This document shows, one piece after another, positions 1 through 12,510 of a DNA stretch of 64,000 bases. The first letter of the stretch is position 1, and each line of letters starts with the position of its first letter. The stretch spans positions 2,232,001 through 2,296,000 of the forward strand of contig OZ287075.1 in assembly GCA_965645245.1 (NCBI GenBank), in the 5' to 3' direction. The stretch is from Massalongia carnosa. Lineage: Eukaryota. Both the position numbers and the translations under genes were made by a program. The notes under the pieces were generated by a model. That model had not been told where the DNA came from. It searched no databases and saw only the letters and a program-made list of their open reading frames with translations.

Positions 1-452
1 GCTTGATCTATGGCAGTTGCTCGATCGAGGTTTTGGCTACGATGCTCTTTGAAACCGAAGGGGTCTGTAGTCATCTCATGATTGTGATCAGGGTTGGTGA
101 TGATTAATCTCCACGATTCGTCTTTATTTTGCTTCAGTCTTCGTCGATATTTGCACTCGTTGAACGAGACCTTCGTGTTTTTTCGTACGCGGTCCTACTC
201 CTCTAGCTTTCTAGTGTTTCTTTCTCTTTTATGATGACGGGTGCAATCTAGTATAACGAGATGATTCTTCTTATCATTAGTCTCTGTGACCAATGCAAAG
301 CCTTGAGTAAAGGCATAATTCTGAAGGCGGGTTTTTCCCTCCTCCCAGGAGAAAAAGATTTCACTCTCACTCGGAGGAAGACGATGAGACGACGGTAAAC
401 TCGCTATAGCCCTTTGCAAACGTGCATCCAGGGACGTTGATGTGAGGGTCAT
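1..452 (-). pseudogene. Mutator/MULE transposase N-terminal remnant (FAR1/WRKY-like Zn domain), runs off the window start
   Basis: ORF 195-452 continues past an in-frame TAG (195-197) as DRVRKNTKVSFNECKY...WRLIITNPDHNHE; the YAFTQGF...C...C...HNH pattern is typical of MULE DNA-binding domains. Confidence 0.7.
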
Positions 453-1399
453 AGCAAAGAAAAAGATAAGGGAGAGAAGAAGGGCGGTCTACCTAACATA
501 GTGATAAATTTATACCGAGGTTGGCTGCCCATATCTATAACTGTAGATGATGAACATATCCAAGACTCTCCAGAAGGCGCTCAATCGTGGGATTCAGACC
601 CGAAGGATAGTCTGGAGAACGAGGCCAAGACAATCGTTCCCCCTGGTGTTAGCAACGAACCAATGAATCCAGCGGTGGTATGGTTGATATCTTCCTCATA
701 TGTCCCTGGCTGATATAGTTCTCCTTTTACAGAGCAAGCAGTGTCAGGAGTGGACCAGGGAGTTTGTGGAATTGTTGGTTCGCTTGGGAATAATGTTGCA
801 TACTGCTCTCCAGGTTTTAGATGAAGCCAAGGCCCTCGAAACAGCTTAGCAGCGCTTCTACCAATGATAATTCACTCTATCTACAACTATAAAACTATCA
901 TAAGGATAAAACCTTGAGTTTTGGCACAATGCTTCATGAATCTACATGTATTTGATTACAATACACTCAGTTGCAATTGACATCGTTTAAATTGCTTGCT
1001 CTCCGCATAGTCTCGTGTTTGTTTCATGTTGAGATGATGAGTACCTGAGTGTTGAATAAGGTCGACTTTGAAGTCATATTTAGTTTCGTTGCCGTCGATC
1101 ATCTAGAATAACCATGAAACATAAGACAATCGACGATAGGCGAATCCGTATCAATGTATTCCTGTCATTTATCGAAGAGACTAATGGCGGCGGCAACTCT
1201 CATACGTCTGCAAAAGACGCGGCGTTGCGTAAAGCACACTGTGCTATTGTTTCACCTCCAGGCTGGAGTGAATGGTTCGGGCTCCAACGGATGATATATC
1301 TCCCCTCGTTCCGCCACTTTGATGACATTGTCGATCCCGTTCTCATCAGCTGCTTGCAAGGCTCCATCAGCCCACTCGTCAGCGCTGGGAGCACTGGGT

Positions 1400-2471
1400 G
1401 AAGGAACACACTCCTCTGAGCTGAGCGAGTGATCAATCGAGCTTGGCTGAAAAGGCTGAAAAGGCAGCTTCTTCCCTTCAATGTAGTTAGGCGATAAATG
1501 ATATAGCTGTCGACAAGGGAACCCGGATAGCTTTGATGCTTTTATCAGCGTCGGGCCTTGCGAGTGGAATTGACTGTGCTTTGATGCTATCGAATCCAAT
1601 TGGCGCGCTTAAAGAAACTATTACCAGATTTTGCCTCGGTATGACTTTATCCACGTATACATATCCTCCTTCGGGGTCATAGTCTTGAGGAAGCTCATCG
1701 AGGATCATAACTATTGCTCGACAAAGCGGAAACAATTTGAAATTACGAGGGTCCGGCCATCAAGCGAGGCCGAGCTCACCGGCTTCGTCATGTTTGATCT
1801 TATCAAGGAGTGAAGATGTTTGCTCGCAAAAGGCCTCGTGTGCCATGAGAATGGCCAATATCGTCGGGGGACCTATATCGTCGGGGGACCAATGGCAGTA
1901 ATACGCACGGGATTTGCGAAGAAGTGGTCAAACTCGATATTCGGGTCATCCTTGTTGCAACCATGCCATTCCTTGTAAATACATCCGAAAGGCAGCAATG
2001 GACACCTATCCCGTATTTGAACGGAATGTGTCCAATAGAGCGTCGTGGGTTTGTTGCAGAACATTTTAAGCCACTGGCATCCAATAGCTTTTGGTGACGC
2101 TGTGGTACTCGTCAAGCTGAACATCTGCTCACTTGTCCAATTCCTTCTCGCCTTTTGATGCTGATTTACGTCTTTTCTACAGTAATGGTAATACTTTTCA
2201 AGCTCAACTCTCAGCTTGGCCCTCATCCCCAGCTTAGTGGCTCTTCGGTAGGAAGGCGGAACCATTCTTGGTCTTTTACGTACAGGGCACTCTGTGCCTG
2301 CTTCCATGGGTCGAGAGTCGTTTGTGTGGTTATTTCCGGCTTCTTCGCGCTGGTGTAAGGGCCCAGCGAGAGTTGACGCGTAGGAGAGACAGCGTTGGCG
2401 GAACTATTCTGGGATGAAGGGCTCGAGTTTGTAGAATCCGAAGATGCCGGGTTGTAGGGAGATTCGGGCAT
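1400..2471 (-). pseudogene. Disrupted hypothetical fungal protein gene
   Basis: ORF pieces 2223-2471, 1873-2307 and 1487-1735 can be joined (IEFDHFF..RITAIGPPTILAILMAHE..FKLFPLCRAIVMILDE..RVPLSTAISFIA) across a frame break near 2300, a 17-bp tandem duplication near 1858-1890 and in-frame stops. Confidence 0.45.
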
Positions 2472-3626
2472 TTATGGCAGCTCAGTCCTCACTAGCAATG
2501 CGGGAGCAGAGAAGGAATTAATCCTGTGTAGAACGCTCAACGGATAGAAGTATCCATAACAGAAAGCGAAATGACTATTCATGAAGCACAAAGTTGAGTG
2601 GCTGAATAACTGAATGTCCTTAACTAGTATTGTAACGTTGAAGATGAAATTTTCGGGTAAATAATTCCGTCGAAAACTTTATTGCGTCACACCTGCCCGA
2701 AAGTCGATGCTTTGCAACATTTTTCATTCTGGTCAACTAAAGATGCATTGAAAGACACTTGCTTGAGGGAAACTTGACAGTGCAATCGTGATGTCTATCA
2801 GCGCTTTGTTGACCTCATTGGTAGTGCCGCCCTACTCTGCTGCCATCTCTCAATTGACGAAGAGTGGCACCCGGAGACACCGCGTGGAGGTGTAGGGTCG
2901 GACTTGGTCTCCAAGAACGTTGGTGAGTGGTATTATGACCACTACCTTGGTTGACCCGAGGAACGATCCAGTCCACAAGCTGTCGCAGGCTCACGAATAG
3001 CCTTCCCCGACGTTTTGGACCGTCGTGCGTCCGAAGATCGCCTCCACCCTTCGTGCATTCGCAACAGCTCTCGTGAATCGTTCTGATCAATCTCTCACCC
3101 GTGCCGAGGCCGGGTCGGTCACCGGCCTCAGACACCACAAAGAAAAGTGATGCCATGACACGCATCACTCGGAAGACAGGACTTGCGTGGCGGCTTGAGG
3201 TTGAGCAACGGGGTCGGATAGCACGATTAGGAACGATCGTTGCTTGCCGAATTCCTCCGTATCTGCCTCCTCCCTCGCCGCTAAAACAACGACCTGCTCC
3301 ACCACCCGATATCCAATGGCGGCCTTGTGGTCTAGCAGTATACGCAGCATCTGAGCCCCAAGGATGCTTCCTAGCATAGCATAAAAGCCGCTATCGTGCT
3401 TGGTGTAAACTCGACATCCTTTCTGATGAATGATAAATTCACGTGTAGGTGAAATAGCATGATTGTCATTGAAGGTAATTGTCTATGTGGGCTATTTCTC
3501 TGCTTTATATAGCAGTCACAAAACAGTCACATCTAGGAGCCTAAACGGTCAGACCTTGGCTCCCATATCTGCTTGTTTAGGAACTTTGCCAGGCACCTCC
3601 CGGGGCTCATGATGGATGCCCATATT

Positions 3627-6003
3627 ATGAAATTACGAGATGCTTAGGGACAGTCTGGAGGCGGTGGAAGCCTCGCCAGCGGTAGAGGGAGAGGAGGTGG
3701 AGGAGGTGGAAAATTCGAGGAATTCTCCGACGGCGAGGAGCTCGTTGAGACGGTGAGTCGCCCTCTGAACTCGAATTCAGGAATAGAATCATCTTTTTGT
3801 AACTTACTGACTCGTCTTGCAGCAAGTTGACGATCTTTTATCTCGGCCTCTGGCGCCCGATAGCGTGAAATCGGGCTACGTTTCTGCCCTCTGCGCCCTC
3901 TTCGATGACCAGCATCTCGAAGAGAATTTGGTGGTGCCCCATCCGAGAGGGAAGGCCATCAAAGCCCTGATGACGCGCTTACGCATCGATTGAAGCGCTT
4001 ATAAGCGGGCCTCGTTCGAGGATCGCGCGATTCACGGCCTCACCGACGGCTACGCGACTGAGCAGGCCGCTCAATTGTCGGCAATGCTGCTCGCCGGGGG
4101 CAAGTTTTTGGGTGAGGAGAACGTGGCGGGCGGCGAGTGGCACCCCCTGCGGACTCGCCTCGACTTCCTCCTAATGCATTCGATGATGCTGCGGGGGGAG
4201 TCAACGCGGAGGGCTGAGCTACCTGACCTCTGCGCCTACGACCTTCTTAACGAGGGGTCCGAATGCCTTGCGTTGATCCTTCGAATTGGCCAGGGCAAGA
4301 GCATTCCTCTGGCGGACGGGGGCAACTCGCGCCGTCAGCATTATCATGATGCTTTGCGGAGCAGAGATGTCGTCCTCTGTCCTCTCGACGCCCTCGCTCA
4401 TTGGCTCGTCTTGCGCTGGGACCTCCTCCTGGAGAAGCGGCCGAACTTCCGGGATCGATCTTCGTGGTATTTCACGAATGTCATCTCCGGGAGTCTGGCG
4501 CGATCTAAGGAGGGGATCTCCGACAAAACACAGGCCCGATGGATTAAGCCGGCTTTGGATGCTGTCGGTGTCGACAGCTCCAAGACGGTCCACATCATGC
4601 GGCAGTCCTCGTCACGGCTGGCCGACATGTGGGAGGTCTCCGCGGACCAGGCAAGTACTCTACGATTCATGGCCTCTTATACTTACTAGCATTACCCTTA
4701 TACCAACTAATACAGATCATGAGAGCAGGCGGATGGGAACGTGGCGTCTGGGCCACTAACTACCTCACCCGTCTGCCGCGTGTCTACATGCGTCGCGCCG
4801 CCGGCTTTAGCAACTCCCTCGGGAGTTACTTTTTGAGAAGAGGAGGACACTCACCGGACCTGGCCCTGCAGCGGCAGGTGTGGCCTTGGGTGGATGACGC
4901 TCTGGCGGCGTACAAAGGCGGTCTTTTTCCTGATGCGGATAAGGCAGGGAAGAAGGTTCTGGAGATGTTGCTGCGGCTGCGTTGTGTCTTCCTGCAAGAC
5001 GCGGCGCTTCTACAGCCTCAGTTTCCTGAGCTTTCGCTCTGGAGACACCAAGTCTTCAGAGATCCCTACGTTCGCGGCGAAGATACGGGAGTTGGAGGCC
5101 GTAGAAAAGGAACCTTTGCACGTGGCCATCCACGGCGTGCTGCCTCTTGTTGCTGACTCCGTTGATGGAGTCAGTAACAAGGTCAGCAGTGTTGCGATCA
5201 AGCAAGATCGCACGCTCAACGCTGTGGAGAGGTTGCTCTCTGGGCAGAGCCAGCTGACGACCACCTTGAGTGCGCTGCCGGTGGCAAATGCCCAGGAGAT
5301 AGCTCGAGTCCTGGGTTCGCAGCTCTCACAGTTGCAGGCCACGGTCTCGACGCTACCTCGATCCTTTCTGACGGTTCCTGTGGAGGCTGTTCGGAGGGAC
5401 TGGCTGCTGGACGAGGCTTCTTGGCGAGGGCAGGCGACTGCTCTTGCGACGGCGGTGCACTCCGTTGGTGAAGAGCCTGCTGCGTCGGCGTCCTCGTACG
5501 ATCACGCAGTCGCTTCTCTCCTTCCTACACCTTCTGTCGTCCTCACTTCCGTCCCCGGAGAGGCGTCTACGGTCTCTGCGCCCTGTGGCTCCCTCCCTCA
5601 AGAGGGGCCGCCTCAACGTCCTCCTAACTGCCCGGCGGAGCCCATTCTCGGCGGCGTGACCTCGGCGGAGGCGGTGTTGGAGAAATTCGCGGTGGGGACA
5701 TTGGTGGAGGGGGTCCGGCGTACGTCTCTCGACGAGTTGGACCGCCTCTTCGGGGCTAAGTGGAGGTACCCTCCTGCCCTGAGGCAGCGGTTCTACGTCA
5801 AGAGATGGATCCGTCGGTACCTTCAGGGGAAGGCGAATGAGCAGGGGAGGGATCTGTGGGATATTGCGCGGGAAGTTGACAGTTTGGGGCTCTCTGTGGA
5901 CATCAGATCTCTAAGCGTATTGACGCTGGAGAGGATCTGCTTCGTAGATAGGCCAATGGTACCTTTCTTTCTCTCTACGAGTACTAGCCATGGAGGTCTG
6001 TAA
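3627..6003 (+). mobile_element. Crypton (CryptonF-like) tyrosine-recombinase DNA transposon, degenerate; NDC10-II-like YR domain plus GCR1_C-like C-terminus
   Basis: YVSALCALF..PHPRG..EDRAIHGLTDGY; catalytic-type MMLRGES, HIMR, GGW, NYL; VFLQDAA..LWRHQVF; C-terminal SLDELDRLFGAKWR. Introns 3753-3822 (GT-AG) and 4651-4715 (GC-AG); TGA at 3991; frameshift near 5068. Element ends not defined. Confidence 0.8.
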
Positions 6004-6694
6004 CACCGTTCCTACTAAGAAGCGATCACTCGTAATGTGCCCGTAGTACCTCCTTCTCGTTCCTGTGACTGGGTGGGACATCTTCTGACGAGGCGTGCAA
6101 CTGCACCACGTATCGCGCCACCAGCGCTACGTTAATTCTACTCGGGGTGAGATGCTTCTTCTATTCAGAAGAAGCTCTTTTCAGCAAACCCAGTTTCAAA
6201 ATTCTAGCAAAACCCCTTTGTGGTTCGATTGCGAAGCGCAAATGTCGACTTTCGCAACGACCAGGGCCAAGCAGGGCGTCGGTTTTGCCCGGCGATCCTA
6301 CACTTCACAGCACATCAAATCAGACAATTCAGGCACGGGTCTACTCGTTGAAGGATGCTCCATTTGACGGTTTAGATTGCTTCAAAATAAAAACTTTTCC
6401 CGCTGCGCGAGACTACAACTTCAGGTTACTAAGGCTATTTGGCGTGACAAGAAAAAATCTTAGAATTTAGGATTTTAAACGCCGTTAAGTGTCACGGGCG
6501 AACAACGCGCTCCTTCAGTACATTGGTCCAGTAGCTTCCCAATTCGGTGATCAGGACCATTGGTCGAGTAACTAAAATTGACATATGTTACTCAAATTTT
6601 TCACTGTATCACCTATCTTTCATTACTGAGTCAGCGCCCAGCTTATTGACTCACATCAAGCCAAGCCAATCGACCCACCAAAGGAGTTTCCAAC

Positions 6695-9308
6695 ATGATC
6701 GAGCTCTCTGTCAATGATATTCGCGTCATATCAAGTTATCCGATCGGTGGAGATCTCGAATCTTTTCGACAGTTGTTTCACTCCACTTGCGACAAACTCG
6801 GCGTTGCCAACTCCTCAGAGAGTATCAAGAGAGTTGTCTCAAGCGAAGGTATTGTCTGACCCCGACCGTTTTGATTGATTCTTGTTAACAGATGCAGATG
6901 GCAGGAGTCTAGCGCGTCGACTTATCTATGCAATCCAAGGTCAAGATGCGGCCTATCAACTTCCCTCCAAACACGGGGGTAGAACTCTATTCGATGATCT
7001 TAGTGGTCTACGGGTTCAAATTGATTTCGATCAGTTGGATGTCAAGTCTGTCACCCCTGTCTTGAACTCTGTCATCAGAGAAGTCAAAGATGAAGAAATC
7101 TGGCTTGCTGTATACGCCCTAATCGCACAAACAAAGCCGACCCACCCACCAACTACTCCTCCACCTTCCGGCCCTAACTTCGCTTCAGCTTTCAAGAACA
7201 CATCAAACTGTTTCAGCTCTGGTAGCTTTCAAAACACATCTGAGCCTGTTGAAATGATGAGGAATGTGCTCAGGTGGGAGCTCCAGTCGAATCTTGAGCT
7301 CGACCATCCCGATTTCATAGACACATACCTTGCTGAAATCCCCCAAGTCGACGATGCAGCAACTGCCGTCTTCAAGAAGTGTTGCGAATGGAAAGGACCC
7401 CTTTTACACGACTGGCTACGGATGGCGTGGTTGGGAAGACGGTGATGAAAAAGGCGTCCAGCGGTCGCTTGAGGGATGCGTCAGCAAATTTATGAAGTTT
7501 CTTGAGGAGGCCAGCATCGAGCCACCAAGCCAACGCCGGTTCGTGCCATCACCCAATACCCCCGTCCCGGGAGCTGTGAAACGGAAGCCCGACCTGTGTG
7601 TCGCCGCATTTGCTGGAGAAAGCATCGGTGTGCCCGCCAAGCCAAACAAACAGATAGCTTCTTGGCGTCAGGTACTTGTTGCCACTGAACTCAAATCTTC
7701 TGGACAGGACGGTTTGGAGAAGACATGGTCAGATGTCATGAAATACGCACGAGAAATCTTCAGACACCAAGATTCCCGCCGGTTTGTCCTTGGACTCACC
7801 CTATGTGGATCCACCATCCGGCTTTGGGAATTTGATCGACTGGGCGCCACCACTTCAGTGGCATTTGATATCCATAAAAATGGCCAATTCTTTGTGAAGA
7901 CCTTACTCAGCTTCCTTTGGATGAACGATGGACAGTTGGGCTTCGATCCGGACTTGATGGAGGTAGACGGTCAACGATTCGTCAAGATTAATAGAGACGG
8001 CAAAGAAGAGCGACTGATCATCACCGAAACGCTGAGAGCTCATGCAGCGAGCATAGCCGGCCGAGCGACGACTTGCTGGAAGGCATACCGTGAGGGAGAT
8101 GACTCCAAGAAGCCACTTGTAGTCAAAGACTCTTGGCAATACGTCAATCGACCAGAGGAAGGCGAGCTTATTCGCAAAGCCACTGCCGCAGGTGCCACTA
8201 ACATCTCTCAATACTACCACCATGTAACGATATTTTTCAACGAAAAAGAAGACTTGATTCGCTCAAATGTTCGAAATGGCATGTCAACTGAAGCTGGTAG
8301 CAACCCGTTCACACAACCTGATTTCTTTTCACCTGAAACTACAACATCCAGCAAAGCTTCCGGTTTCCCTTTAGTGGTTAAATCTAGTCAAGGTTCCGCT
8401 TCCCCGGTAATGGCTAGATCCAGCCGAGCGCCCGAACTAACCAAGACTCAATGTGTGAATTCGTTTGGCTCAGCAAGCCAACAAAGCCAGACGTCCCGAA
8501 AGAGGCCATTAAGTCAGATCGAGGCACTAGAACCAGCACGAAAGCGCTCCCGATCAATCATGACTGCTAGAGAGGGCGACAATCGATCGACGAACGACAA
8601 AGTCCGTCGTCGCATCATAACTCAGAGTCCTGGTAAACCGCTCCGTGAGGCGAACTGTCCTGCAGCGATAATCACAGGGCTACTTGGAGGCATCAAAGGT
8701 GAGCTAATCAGTTGATTTGTTCATATGTGTAGCTAACGAGTGCAGGGCACGAGTCTCTCTACCAGGCTGATATACTCCACCGCGATATATCACTTGGAAA
8801 TATCCTCCTTAAGGACGATGAAAGTGATGGGTTCCTGATCGACCTTGACCTTGCTGTGGACATCACCCGGCTGGAGGCGTCTGGAGCTCCGGGAAAGACC
8901 GGCACCAAAGTCTTCATGGCCATCGGTGCCCTTGCTGGCGATCCACATAGCTTCATGCATGATCTCGAATCGTTCTTCTGGGTGCTTCTCTGGATCTGCA
9001 TTCACTACACCGGGCCAGGTAAGGAACTTCATGACGTTGCCGACTTCAAAGACTGGATTTACGAGTCTACCGCGAAACTTGCAAATTCTAAAAAGGGTCT
9101 AGTATCTGAAGAAAAAGATTTTGATGAGATGATGTCGGTCTCTGTTACAGGTTATTGTAAGGACTTGGTGCCCTGTGTTAAAGAGCTGTGGAAGATCATC
9201 TTTCCTGGAGGGAATCGGTGGAAAATAGAGGATCAGAGCCTTTATACCCAGATGAAGGCGGTGATTGAGAAGGCACGAGACAACCTTATCACGGAAGGGA
9301 CAGTGTAA
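6695..9308 (+). pseudogene. FunK1-family (fungal-specific) protein kinase with a 1-nt frameshift
   Basis: ATG 6695; introns 6849-6897 (or 6891) and 8699-8745; motifs RKPDL, RRFVLGLTLCG, GRATTCWKAY, VVKDSWQ, LHRDISLGNILL, LIDLDLA, KTGTKVFMA, HDLESFFWVLLW; an extra T near 7389 separates ORFs 6882-7445 and 7330-8715. Confidence 0.9.
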
Positions 9309-9700
9309 ATCAAGCCTTGTTAGGATCAATGCTAGCTGCGTTCGCTACGTATAGTTAATCTCTATTCTCACGTTCTTCCATGACTTGAGCTACGTGGCGA
9401 AAAGTACTTCAGGTATCTGTATGGCTTAAATGACAGCTGTGCCTCGAGAACCTCCAAGCATGCAAGACATAAAAATATATTCATGATCATTGGCGCCCTT
9501 GATGGTGTCAAATATATAAGGGTCAAAAGGCATAATCAGGGAATTGGGTAGATGTTGATTGTATTGTGGAGGATGTGGAAAAGTGGGAATCTATCTAAGG
9601 GGGGAGGCCACGTGTCTAGTCGGGCCGGAATAACCCTTCGGATATATCATCCTGAGTTACCACTGATGTTTAGGATTAGTTATCCTATAATTTGACAGAT

Positions 9701-9840
9701 GGCGATCCACGCAGCTTTCTGCATGACCTAGAGTCCTCCTGGGTGCTGTTCTGGATCTGCATGCATGCATTATACAGACCTCGTCAAGAAAGACGAGCCT
9801 AAATCCAAGTTCAAACAATAGAACTACGACTCTTGTGAGT
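9701..9840 (+). pseudogene. Second, degenerate FunK1 kinase C-lobe fragment
   Basis: GGCGATCCACGCAGCTTTCTGCATGACCTAGAGTCC..TGGGTGCTGTTCTGGATCTGC aligns by eye to about 8937-9010 (GDPHSFMHDLESFFWVLLWIC). Confidence 0.7.
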
Positions 9841-10379
9841 AGGTTTGCAATATTTAATGATAGATTTTTGAAAGCTCGAAGCGCGTGACGTGGTCGAAGA
9901 GAAAATCACTGTTCCCGCACAACATCCATTCTCAGAAGCTCTAGGGTTGAGCTTTTCCAAAAAATCCGAAAAAAGTCGAAATATTCCTGCAACACGGGCG
10001 GTCTTACAAGAGAACTGATTCTCATAACAAGTCATTCTGACCGAGAATCTTGTTTTTTTTTGTGGTAAATCGGCGTTTCTTAAATGCCCTCGATTAGGGA
10101 AAGATAACGAGTTGCTCATGATATATTCGGGTTTTCTGTGACGTACCAATTTTACATCGACATCCGGGTTTATCAAATCGACTTTTTTAGACCTTTACTC
10201 AACTGAAGCTGTCTCTATACATCAAGTGTTTTCAATTCTTTATCGCTTTCGTCGCTGCGAAGGCACCACCCTCTCGCACTAGTAATTAGCTGCTTTGCAT
10301 TAGTAATCAGAACATCAAACTTTTGTTTACCTTTTCAACCCCAAACATCACCATTCTCAACCTCACGAACTGATTTAAT

Positions 10380-11019
10380 TGCAAAACATAGGACTAAATG
10401 AAGAAGAGATTCCTAGTGTTCAGATAAATCTCCTATCTCAGCAAAGCAGCACAAAATCAATAGCAAGCGCACCGTCGAAAGCATTTTGGCCGATATTCCA
10501 CCTCCCTCCCCCAATTACACTTCCGTGTCAGTTGATGACAGACCTCCTAAATCACTGGCTAAAGGCCTTGCTGATTCGCCTCTTGAATTGTTTCAACTGT
10601 TCATTTCAGCTCAGCACTGTCGTACTATCGCGTATCATACCAATATCAAGGCATATGACTATATAAAAAAGGAGAAGGAAAATAATCATCGCGCATAGAA
10701 TGACGTTATTGGGCCTGAGATCGAGGTATTTCTGGGCATTCATTTGTTTATGGGCTTGTATCATGCGTCTTCGGAGAGCGACTATTGGAATACATGTCCT
10801 GATAAGCATGTTTTCGTGTCTATTCAGGAGGCTATGTCTCTGAATCGATTTGAAAATATCAAACGATTCTTGAAAATAAACAACGGACGTACAGAGCCTT
10901 CAGACATGGGTAAAGGACCTGATTGGTGGAAGAAATTGGAGCCGCTTGCTACTGATTTTCAAACGGCTTCGTTGAAATATTATCAACCAGGAAGCATTGT
11001 TTCAGTTGATGAGCAATTG
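10380..11019 (+). mobile_element. piggyBac-like transposase remnant 1, truncated by an LTR
   Basis: SPLELFQLF..HTN..FLGIHLFMGL..DYWN..MSLNRFENIKRFLK..WWKKLEPL..PGSIVSVDEQL; in-frame TAG at 10696-10698; ends at LTR start 11020. Confidence 0.85.
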
Positions 11020-12183
11020 TGTAATGGGCTACGAGACCAGTAAGCTTATCACGAGCGACACTGATCTCGAAAGGGGAAATGCTCAGCGTGAGAGGAGGAA
11101 GATAGCTACTACGTGCTAGTCTCCGAGAGTATATGTGATCCAAAGAACTAATGGATGTGGAAGTGCTTGGACCAAGAGATCTCGTCCGAGACCCAAACGT
11201 AGGTTGTTCCTAGAATAAAGACTAATTGCTAACGAATACTACAAGATTCGTTCTGATATTTATCCTACTCACCCAAGCCTATAGCCTTGGGAGCCTTGGA
11301 GCCTTAGGAGCCTTGCAAGCCTTGGGAGCCTTGCAAGCCTTGGGAGCCTTGCAAGCCTTGGGAGCCTTGCAAGCCTTGGGAGCCTTGCAAGCCTTGGGAG
11401 CCTTGCAAGCCTTGGGAGCCTTGCAAGCCTTGGGAGCCTTGCGAGCCTTACAAGGCTTGGGAGTCTTGCGAGCATTACAGCCTTGCAATCCACATCCGAC
11501 TTTATCGCATTACATCCAACCATCCCTCAGGATCCATCCACGAACTCGGCGTTCGCTGGATCATCTAGTCAGCCTCGAGCAGCCTTCTAGATCTTCCCTT
11601 GCAAGGTAGAACAATTCTACCCCCGGCTAGATCCCTCACTACATGCCTCAGGCTATGTAGCTTCATTTCGCCGTCACCACTACCTAGTGATGGAAGGTTA
11701 CCTCCGACTGAATACCTCGCTACACTGCGGACCTGCCTCTAGACACAAGGTCTAGACAACGAGGTCATGTAGGTTCATTCAGCCGACATCACTACCAACG
11801 TAGTAATAAAGGTTGAAGCTGAAGTTTAAACCAGGGAGCCTAGCTCAAGCTGCGTCCAGCGAGCCGTGCCTCCTGCTACCTCTCTTGAACCATCAAGAGA
11901 TCCAGTAGCTCCGAGTAGGCCAGTAGATTCCATATAGAGTTCCTCGGCGTCTCCACAGGAGTCCGCCTTATACTCCATGGCAATCTACCACCACGGCCTC
12001 GACAGGTGTTTGATCTGTAAGTAGTCAAGAACGTGATAACAATAACTCCGAAGTTTCGGGGCAAGATGGCAGTGTGTCAGCCTCGACGGCTTATGCGACT
12101 TCGTACTACGGCATGGTCCACGCTAGTTAATCCCGCAACCGCCATAGGCGATCACGTATCCCTCTAGCGCCATCCGTATTACA
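11020..12183 (-). repeat. 3' LTR of chromovirus A (1164 bp)
   Basis: TG..CA ends with 6-bp terminal inverted repeat; PPT adjacent at 12184-12197; partner LTR absent from window. Confidence 0.75.
11283..11488. repeat. 18-bp minisatellite (GCAAGCCTTGGGAGCCTT)n inside the LTR
   Basis: About 8 near-perfect units plus degenerate flanking units built from a 9-bp NNNAGCCTT subunit. Confidence 0.95.
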
Positions 12184-12304
12184 ATTGCCTCCCCTCTAGG
12201 ACGCGAGCTCCGCCGAGCGTGTAGTAGATAGTAACGACACGTTAGGTGGGTGGTATGATGTGTATGGCAGGCGGTGAAAAACCTCCTTCCTTGTATGATA
12301 GCAA

Positions 12305-12510
12305 GGAGGAAAACCGGTCTCCGAAGTCAATGAAAAACCTCCTAACCCAGTGGGAACTGAGGAGGAAAACCGACTTATCGAGATCGATGAAAAACCCTAA
12401 AACCCTGATAAGACAACGGGAGAACGTAGGGAAAACCGACTTCTCAAGATCGATGAAAAACCCTTAAACCCTGATAAGATAACGGGAAAACGAAGGGAAA
12501 ACCGATCCTA
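12305..12510. repeat. Degenerate tandem repeats (about 55-65 bp) in the 3' UTR of chromovirus A
   Basis: Recurring GGAAAACCGA..GATCGATGAAAAACCCT..AACCCTGATAAGA.AACGGGA. Confidence 0.7.

Noticed and set aside
3165..3377. Ankyrin-like fragment (MLRILLDHKA..VVEQVVVLAA)
   Set aside because: Single weak repeat-like segment with no supporting gene structure
11226..11609. ORFs with ALGALQ / ARLPRL / KAPKAC repeats as proteins, or the array as a CRISPR
   Set aside because: By-products of a stop-free minisatellite inside an LTR; no unique spacers; eukaryotic context
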